Shown here in pieces: positions 5,734 to 11,397 of a DNA stretch of 11,397 nucleotides (the stretch's first letter is position 1; each line of letters starts with the position of its first letter). Both the position numbers and the translations under genes were made by a program. The notes below the pieces were generated by a model, which did no database searches, was not told where the DNA came from, and worked only from the letters and a program-made list of their open reading frames with translations. The DNA is from Chloroflexota bacterium (lineage in GTDB: Bacteria > Chloroflexota > Anaerolineae > B4-G1): contig JAUVSX010000049.1 of the NCBI GenBank assembly GCA_030596915.1, forward strand, positions 1-11,397, in the 5' to 3' direction.

Positions 5734-7587
5734 CTACAGGTTGTCCTTGATTGCCTGGGCCACCTGGAGAGGCACGTGGGGCACGGCGGCAAGCTGCTCG
5801 ACGGTGGCTAGCCGAATCGCGTCAAGCGAACCGAAGGCCATGAGGAGCGCTTTGCGGCGCGCGGGACCGACGCCGGGGACGCTGTCGAGCTGCGATGCGA
5901 CTCCCGCTCTGCGCCGCCGTGTCCGATGGTGGGCGATCGCGAAACGGTGAGCCTCGTCTCGAATGCGTTGCAGAAGGAAGAGCCCCTGCGACTGCCGGGG
6001 CAAGATGACAGGGCCGGCACGCCCGGGCCGATAGACCTCTTCGTTGGCTTTGGCAAGGGCCGCGACAGGCACTCTGTCCCGCAATCCGAACGCCTCGAGC
6101 ACGTCGACGGCGACGCCCAGTTGACCTCTACCGCCATCCACGATGAGCAGGTCGGGCAGTATTGCCCAGTCTCTGGCGTTGCGGGTACCCAACACCTCCT
6201 CCGACGTTGCCAGCTTCCAGCGTCCAAAGCGTCGCTCGAGCACCTCGCGCATGCTCGCGTAGTCGTCGCTGCTCTCCACCTTGCGAACGACAAACTGCCT
6301 GTAGGCGGACTTGCGCGCCACAGCGTGCACAAATACGACCATACTACCGACGATGTCGGTGCCCTGGGTGGTCGAGATGTCGTAGCACTCCATCCGCACG
6401 GGAGGCTTGGGGAGATCCAGAGACTCCTTCAGTTGAGCGAGTGCCTGCTCGTGTTTGTGGGCATCCGCCTGCCACTGAGCGCGCAGAGCCGCCAGTGTCT
6501 CGGCAGCGTTCTCGGCAGCCATATCGACAAGGCCTCTCTTGTGTCCTCGCTTCGGCACACGAAGCGTGACCTTCGTGCCCCGTTTCCGCTTCAGCCACTG
6601 TTCGATGATCAGCGCTTCCTCAAGCTGCTCCTGCAGCAGCACCTCGGGCGGGACGTAGGCAGCCTCCTTGTAGAACTGCTTGATGAAAGCGGCGAGGACG
6701 CCGCGGGCATCCTCATTCTCGGCTCCCTCCAACACGAAGTACTCTCGCCCCAACAGCTTGCCGCCTCGGATGAAGAAGACCTCCACGCAGGCGTCACCAT
6801 CTTGGCGCGCAAATGCGACCACATCCTGATCAGCGCCGAGCGTCGAGACGACCTTCTGCTGCTCGACAACGATCCGGACCGCTCGGAGCTGGTCGCGCAG
6901 GATAGAGGCGCGTTCATAGTTCCATTCCTCGGCGGCGGCTGCCATTTGTGCCTCCAGGTTCGCGACTACTTCGTCGCTGCGGCCCTGCAGGAACTGAACC
7001 AGACCTCGGATCATCGTCCGGTACTCGTCGTTTGTGACGGCGCCGATGCAGGGACCCAGGCACAGCCTGATGTCGTAGTAGAGACACGGACGGCGATCCT
7101 GTCCGTCGATCTCGCGGTTGCACGTCAGGAATGGGAATGATCTGCGCAGCATATCGAGCGTCCGGTGAACGGCAGAGGCCGACGTGTAGGGACCGAAGTA
7201 ACGGCTACCATCCTGCTCCATGCGGCGCGTGATGAAGACCTTGGGAAACAGATCTGCCCAAGTGACCTTGATATACGGATAGCGCTTGTCGTCCTTGAGC
7301 CGCACATTGTAGCGGGGACGGTGCTGCTTGATGAGGTTGGCCTCAAGGATGAGGGCTTCCAGTTCCGAGTCGGTGACGATGAACTCCAGGTCCGCAACCT
7401 CGTCTACGATGGCGCGCACCTTGGGGTTCTCCCAGGCGGAGGCGTGGAAATAGGAGCGCACGCGGCTGCGCAGATCGACGGCCTTGCCGACGTAGATGAC
7501 GGTCGCGGCAGCATCGCGCATCAGGTACACCCCTGGCCTGCGCGGAAGCGTCTCCAGTTGCGTCTGGACGTGTTCCGAGAACTTCAC
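5734..7587 (-). CDS. uvrC: Excinuclease ABC subunit C (UvrC)
   Basis: The N-terminal GIY-YIG nuclease motif is 'PGVYLMRDAAATVIYVGKAVDLRSRVRSYF...ELEALILEANLIKQHRPRYNV'. There is a central UvrB-interacting region and an RNase-H-like endonuclease region. The C-terminal tandem helix-hairpin-helix is 'LDSVPGVGPARRKALLMAFGSLDAIRLATVEQLAAVP'. The ORF track starts at the TTG at 7617, which has no SD and abuts the upstream stop. The GTG at 7585-7587 is preceded by GGGAGA at 6-nt spacing. Starting there gives an N-terminus (MKFSEHVQTQLETLPRRPGVY) that aligns residue-for-residue with E. coli UvrC ([21 protein letters not shown]). The stop is the TAG at 5734-5736. Confidence 0.93.
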   Translation of the reverse strand: MKFSEHVQTQLETLPRRPGVYLMRDAAATVIYVGKAVDLRSRVRSYFHASAWENPKVRAIVDEVADLEFIVTDSELEALILEANLIKQHRPRYNVRLKDDKRYPYIKVTWADLFPKVFITRRMEQDGSRYFGPYTSASAVHRTLDMLRRSFPFLTCNREIDGQDRRPCLYYDIRLCLGPCIGAVTNDEYRTMIRGLVQFLQGRSDEVVANLEAQMAAAAEEWNYERASILRDQLRAVRIVVEQQKVVSTLGADQDVVAFARQDGDACVEVFFIRGGKLLGREYFVLEGAENEDARGVLAAFIKQFYKEAAYVPPEVLLQEQLEEALIIEQWLKRKRGTKVTLRVPKRGHKRGLVDMAAENAAETLAALRAQWQADAHKHEQALAQLKESLDLPKPPVRMECYDISTTQGTDIVGSMVVFVHAVARKSAYRQFVVRKVESSDDYASMREVLERRFGRWKLATSEEVLGTRNARDWAILPDLLIVDGGRGQLGVAVDVLEAFGLRDRVPVAALAKANEEVYRPGRAGPVILPRQSQGLFLLQRIRDEAHRFAIAHHRTRRRRAGVASQLDSVPGVGPARRKALLMAFGSLDAIRLATVEQLAAVPHVPLQVAQAIKDNL

Positions 7588-7618
7588 GGCCTGTCTCCCG
7601 GGAATCGCACCTGACAAG

Positions 7619-10024
7619 TCAGGGAGGGGTGACCCTCGCCTGCGTGAGAACGATGTGGTCTGCGAGCATCTGTCCGCCAGGAGGTATCACCGGCAAGTGA
7701 TGGATCTCCGCTTCGTCGAGCCAGTAGACCGCCACGCGTACGTCGTACACGCCGCTCGCTGCATCTGCAGAGATTGCCAGCCTCCTCGGGTCAACGACGA
7801 TCTCCCCGGGGTCCCAGGATGTCGTCGGGGCGGCGCCGTCTTGGGGCCAACTGTCGTGCTGCGCCGCCTTCGATTGTTGGGAGTCAACCAACTGCGCCGA
7901 AACTGTGTAGTCGACGGTCATCGGGCGCAGGGCCTTCCAGTATAGCGTTAGGGTAATCTCCTCGCCGGGAGCAGCGACTCGCCGGTCAAGATCGTATCCG
8001 ACGAGCGCCATGCGGTCCCCGAAGCTCACCCAGATCGGATTCGGGATCTGTCCGCCACGCGCCTGGATGTCGATTCGTCCGAAGCGGACGTGGTCGCCGA
8101 TGATTGCCCCGTCGCGATCCACGGCCGTAAGCCGCGCGCCGCTCTGGGGCTCAAACACACCAACCTCGATTCGGGCCTGGTCGGGGGTGTACGCGGTAGC
8201 GGGCAACTGCAGCACATAGCGATCCGCCCAGCGGAAACCTGGCTCCAGCGAGGTAGACGATAGCAACCCGAGGCCAGGGAAGGTGTCCCGCTGAGCCACA
8301 AGAAGGTCACCCTCTCCTAACAGGTGCACGAACACGGTGTGGTCCGCAGACGCGGGTGCGAGTGCCTCCCAGTACAAGGTGACGGGAAGCAGGCCGCCGG
8401 GCTGCACCGCCTGTGCCCCTACTTCGTACCCCAGCAGGCGCATCGTGGGTTGGACGTCGGCGCCGTCCTGAGTCGGCGCGCCGAAGTCGATGTGCAGGGG
8501 CTCGGGAATTGCCGCCACTCCCGCTGCGGTCAACGGATCGGGCAGCGCGTACGCCGGCGTGATCCAGGCGAACGGGGCGTACGTGGCAAGGGCGAACAGG
8601 AACAGGACGATCGACGCCAGGACCCATCGACCCCAAAGGCGGGGCACCCACGCCGTCAGCCCAAGTGCCAGCAGCATCGACCAGACCGGAATCGCTGAGA
8701 ATATCAGCCGGCCCTGAGAGGACCACGTGACCGACGCCCACCTAGACCAGGGAACCAAGACACCGAGGCCCCAGAGTAGGCAGAACAGGAAAGGCACGTA
8801 GCGGATTCTGCTCAGCCTGGGCGGAGGCACCGGGCGCCCAGGCCGACCGCGGAGAAGCCGTACCAACCATCGCACTAGCTCGACAGCCAGACCGGCCGCG
8901 CTGATGACGGCAAGCCAACTCAGAATCTGATAGGCCCAGTCGGGCATCGGGACATTCAGCCCGCCAAAGTTGCCCCAATAGCCGGCGGCAAAGCTGAAGC
9001 GTTCGCGCCACAATTGGGCCAGGTCGGCTGGCACGTCCCGCTGGCCGAGAATCTCGATGAAGACATTGAGGCCGGACGGATCGCCGTAAAGCAGCAGGTT
9101 TCGCAGGTACCACCACCCGGCCATCAAGAGCATCGGCAGCGACGCCGCAAGTCCGCCGATCACGAACTCTGCCCACGATCGCCGTCGCACCGCTCGGACG
9201 GTCACAACGAGGGCCGTGAGCAGGGTCAGTGCCAGCGAACTCGTCTTCGTGAGCGCCGCAAGGCCCAGCACAACGCCCAGCATCAGGTAACGGATGACAG
9301 GCACGTTTCTGGCGGCTGACCGCAGACCACTCCTATCACCGTCATCCAACGGAGCAGCGTGCGAGCTGTCATCGGGTCCGCCGGCGCGCCCTGCTGACGA
9401 GTCGCTTCTCAAGAGCCGGAGCAGCAGCAGCAGTGCCAGGCTGCTGAGCGGCACAACGAGATTGTCGTTGTTCACGGCGCCGGAGATGAACACGTACATC
9501 GGAGTGAAGGCGTGGATTCCGGCCGCGCCGAGGGCGAGACAAGGGCGATCTGGCGCCACCTCGCGCACGATTAGCCAGGTCAGGTAGACGGCGAAGGTGC
9601 TCGTCACGACGGAAAGCAGACGCACGAGATGAACTGCCAGAGTGGTGCCGCCCCACGGGAATGCCTCCTGCGTCTGGTTGTGGACGATCAGATTGATGTT
9701 GCCATCCGGGGTGGCCACTCCGATGTCGACGTGTGGATTGAGGCGCCGAACGTGATCTATGTCGGACGTGTCGATCCAGGCTGTCGCGAGCGCCCCGACA
9801 AAGTAGTACAGGGGGGGCTGGCTGCCCTCCTGCCGCCACGGCCCGACGTTGGCCGGGTCTTGGACCGGAAGAGCCCAGTGATCTGCGATGTGCTTGACCA
9901 TCGGATAGTGCCATAGCTCGTCGGATGCCTCGAAGGGCGGCACTGCGATGCTGTAAATGGTGGCCAACACAACGAACGCCACCAGAATCGCCATGAGAAG
10001 GCTGCGCTCGGTCCGTTTGCTCAC
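7619..10024 (-). CDS. ArnT/PMT-like GT-C fold glycosyltransferase (GT39/GT83-type, polyprenyl-phosphate-sugar dependent), with a duplicated C-terminal extracytoplasmic domain
   Basis: An 801-aa protein. It has about 12-14 predicted TM helices in the first roughly 500 aa. The first extracytoplasmic loop, 'PPFEASDELWHYPMVKHIADHWALP...PWRQEGSQPPLYYF', matches the ArnT/PMT signature (D-E/D-x-R-Y ... W-V-T-P ... YFEKPPLxYW). The C-terminal roughly 300 aa contains two copies of a module of about 130 aa (LLGYEV...LPVTLYWEAL...YTVFVHLLGEGD... and LVGYDLD...ITLTLYWKALRP...YTVSAQLVDSQQ...). The GTG start at 10022-10024 overlaps the upstream TGA (GTGA) and follows a GGAG at 8-nt spacing. An alternative ATG lies at 9992-9994. 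The stop is the TGA at 7619-7621. Confidence 0.75.
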   Translation of the reverse strand: MSKRTERSLLMAILVAFVVLATIYSIAVPPFEASDELWHYPMVKHIADHWALPVQDPANVGPWRQEGSQPPLYYFVGALATAWIDTSDIDHVRRLNPHVDIGVATPDGNINLIVHNQTQEAFPWGGTTLAVHLVRLLSVVTSTFAVYLTWLIVREVAPDRPCLALGAAGIHAFTPMYVFISGAVNNDNLVVPLSSLALLLLLRLLRSDSSAGRAGGPDDSSHAAPLDDGDRSGLRSAARNVPVIRYLMLGVVLGLAALTKTSSLALTLLTALVVTVRAVRRRSWAEFVIGGLAASLPMLLMAGWWYLRNLLLYGDPSGLNVFIEILGQRDVPADLAQLWRERFSFAAGYWGNFGGLNVPMPDWAYQILSWLAVISAAGLAVELVRWLVRLLRGRPGRPVPPPRLSRIRYVPFLFCLLWGLGVLVPWSRWASVTWSSQGRLIFSAIPVWSMLLALGLTAWVPRLWGRWVLASIVLFLFALATYAPFAWITPAYALPDPLTAAGVAAIPEPLHIDFGAPTQDGADVQPTMRLLGYEVGAQAVQPGGLLPVTLYWEALAPASADHTVFVHLLGEGDLLVAQRDTFPGLGLLSSTSLEPGFRWADRYVLQLPATAYTPDQARIEVGVFEPQSGARLTAVDRDGAIIGDHVRFGRIDIQARGGQIPNPIWVSFGDRMALVGYDLDRRVAAPGEEITLTLYWKALRPMTVDYTVSAQLVDSQQSKAAQHDSWPQDGAAPTTSWDPGEIVVDPRRLAISADAASGVYDVRVAVYWLDEAEIHHLPVIPPGGQMLADHIVLTQARVTPP

Positions 10025-11187
10025 GCGCCTAGCTCCGCGAAGAACTCCACCGTCCGCGCCGCGATTCGATCCCAGGTGAACTCCTCCGCCAGGCTCTTCG
10101 CGCCCACTGCCAGACGTTCCCGCAATCCTTCGTCCGCCGCCAGCTCCGTGACTGCGTGGGCCAGCGCGGGCACATCCTGAGCCTGAACGAGTAGCGCGTT
10201 CTCGTGATCGCGGAGATCAGGCGTTTCGATGGTGGGCCACGTGGTCACGATGGGTCGTCCGTGCGCCAGGCAGGCGTGCAGACTCCCGTGGCGGAGGGAT
10301 ACGCCATCGCGATAGGGCAGCACACTGACGTCCGTGGCGATCAAGCTCGCCGAGACTTCCTCGGGCGAAACGAATCCGGTGCGATGCACGCGGTGCAGGA
10401 CGCCCCGCCGCTCGATCAGCGCGTCGACGCGGCGCGCATACTCGACGTTGGTCGGATCGGAGGTGCCCGCGCGTCCGCCGATCAGCAGAAGGTGGGCAGG
10501 GAGCCCCCGCTCAACGAGCAGCGCCAGCGTCTCGATCAGGTCTTCCCCGCCCTTGCGCTCGTTGAGGAAGCCGAACTATCCAAGTACCAGGTCGCCCGGG
10601 CCGATGCCCCACCTGGCCCGCGTGCTGTGTCTGTCGTAGCTCGGGGGGAGGCGCGGCGCGATGTTGCTGCCAATCGGAATACGGACGAGTGGGGTGGCCA
10701 GATGGCAACCTGCAAGCCGTGCGTGGTCCTCGCGGTTAGTCAATATCGCGCCGTCAGACCTGCGCGCAAGGGCGAGTACTGCTTGCCAGCGCAGCGGGCC
10801 CGCCTTTGGGAAGAGGTAAGGAACCCGAAGATCGTGGAATGTGACGACAATCGGAGGTTTCCCCTGCCCAGTGGACCCCGGAGGCAGCAGGTTGATACCC
10901 GGGTGCATGCCGTAGGCTGCCGTCTGGTATTGGATGTCAAACACATCAAGCTGAAGCGGTCCGGCCACCTGCCCGAGCGAGTGCCAGATGCGCCAGCCCC
11001 AGTTGGACACGACGCGATGAACCCTCAGGGGGTACAATACTTTCTCCTGACGGGTGGGCGGCCTCTCGCCGGTGATGATGTGCACATCGTGGCCGGCCGC
11101 AGCCAAGGCCCGGCCAAGCGCGCGGGTGTAGTCTCCGACGCCGCCCTGATCAGGTGGGTACTCGCCTGTGATCAATCCAATCCGCAT
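10021..11187 (-). pseudogene. GT4-family (GT-B fold) glycosyltransferase interrupted by one in-frame TAG at 10576-10578; a nonsense mutation, a sequencing error or readthrough. The N-terminal fragment is 11187..10576 and the C-terminal fragment, in the same frame, runs from 10575 to the TGA at 10021-10023
   Basis: The N-terminus 'MRIGLITGEYPPDQGGVGDYTRALGRALAAAGHDVHIITG' is a classic GT4 N-terminal domain. After '...GPGDLVLG' comes a TAG. The same frame then continues with no further stop: 'FGFLNERKGGEDLIETLALLVERGLPAHLLLIGGRAGTSDPTNVEYARRVDALIERRGVLHRVHRTGFVSPEEVSASLIATDVSVLPYRDGVSLRHGSLHACLAHGRPIVTT...FAELGA*'. This is the Glycos_transf_1 C-terminal domain (xFGFLxxxKG motif; E..G.P.V.T). 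The ORF-track entries 10576..11298 and 10021..10389 are in one frame (both ≡ 0 mod 3). The true start is the ATG at 11185-11187, preceded by AGGAA. The N-terminal extension back to 11298 overlaps the upstream gene and is rejected. Confidence 0.65.
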
Positions 11188-11397
11188 GTCGGCAGGTTTC
11201 CTACGATATGCGCGCCTGGCCTCAGCCCGGTCCCGAGAACCTGGGAGTAAGCCGCCAGCCGCTGTGCCCGCAGATCTCTCCGGTGGCCAACCAGCCACTT
11301 GCTCCCCTCAATCACGATCTGCCAGGCGTCGTTTCCCAGCAGGAAGAAGCGCAGCGTTTCCCCCGCCAGCTTGCCGTGGTGCTTCTGGAAGTAGCGC
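11172..11397 (-). CDS. 3' end of an unknown protein-coding gene; its 5' end lies beyond the window
   Basis: A minus-strand frame is open from the window edge to the TGA at 11172-11174. It translates as '...RYFQKHHGKLAGETLRFFLLGNDAWQIVIEGSKWLVGHRRDLRAQRLAAYSQVLGTGLRPGAHIVGNLPTCGLD*'. About 85% of third codon positions are G/C, as in the confirmed genes. It is absent from the ORF track only because there is no start codon inside the window. Its last 16 nt overlap the GT4 start codon. Confidence 0.5.
   Translation of the reverse strand, partial: RYFQKHHGKLAGETLRFFLLGNDAWQIVIEGSKWLVGHRRDLRAQRLAAYSQVLGTGLRPGAHIVGNLPTCGLD

Noticed and set aside
5926-7140. A 404-aa + strand ORF
   Set aside because: It is antisense to uvrC, whose frame carries unmistakable GIY-YIG and HhH motifs. 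It is a shadow ORF.
7585-7617. The TTG at 7617 as the uvrC start codon
   Set aside because: It has no SD and directly abuts the upstream stop. The GTG at 7587 has a GGGAG SD and reproduces the conserved UvrC N-terminal spacing.
10204-11250. A 348-aa + strand ORF and the 101-aa ORF 10334..10639
   Set aside because: They are antisense to the GT4 gene, whose minus-strand frame shows both GT4 domains. The translation is Arg/Ala/Pro-rich shadow sequence.
11188-11298. An N-terminal extension of the GT4 ORF (MAGWPPERSAGTAAGG...) back to 11298
   Set aside because: GT4 enzymes begin directly with the first beta-strand (MRIGLIT...). The ATG at 11187 has an AGGAA RBS. The extension lies inside the upstream gene's coding frame, so it is just the alternative frame of that gene.
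1-11397. CRISPR arrays, IS/transposon ends, integrase or phage genes
   Set aside because: The only tandem repeats are coding ones (propeller blades, PT linker). I saw no terminal inverted repeats, no long direct repeats at DNA level and no mobile-element protein motifs.

Overview
This is a high-GC (about 65-70%) bacterial window that is almost entirely coding, with strong G/C bias at codon third positions and GTG/TTG starts alongside ATG. Its gene content is consistent with Chloroflexota or Actinomycetota; this is inference only. On the + strand there are two tandem, paralogous SPFH/band-7 (stomatin/flotillin/HflKC-like) membrane protein genes. The first (1..1347, probably 5'-partial) has N-terminal transmembrane (TM) helices followed by an SPFH domain and a coiled coil. 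The second (1418..4738, about 1106 aa) has an N-terminal signal anchor, then 14 tandem copies of a roughly 47-aa repeat that I cannot assign to a named family (predicted two 7-bladed beta-propellers, 1592..3507), then one TM helix, then an SPFH domain and coiled coil paralogous to gene 1. This architecture is the most unusual thing in the window. Convergent on the - strand is a co-directional string of genes. In order of transcription these are: the partial 3' end of an unknown gene (11172..>11397), a GT4 (GT-B fold) glycosyltransferase interrupted by a single in-frame TAG (10021..11187), an ArnT/PMT-like GT-C (GT39/GT83-type) polytopic glycosyltransferase with a duplicated C-terminal extracytoplasmic domain (7619..10024), uvrC (5734..7587, start re-assigned to a GTG with a GGGAG ribosome-binding site), and a small two-TM membrane protein with a Pro/Thr-rich linker (4793..5629). 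I found no tRNA, rRNA, CRISPR or mobile element. The many long ORFs in the six-frame track that are antisense or out of frame are high-GC shadow ORFs.
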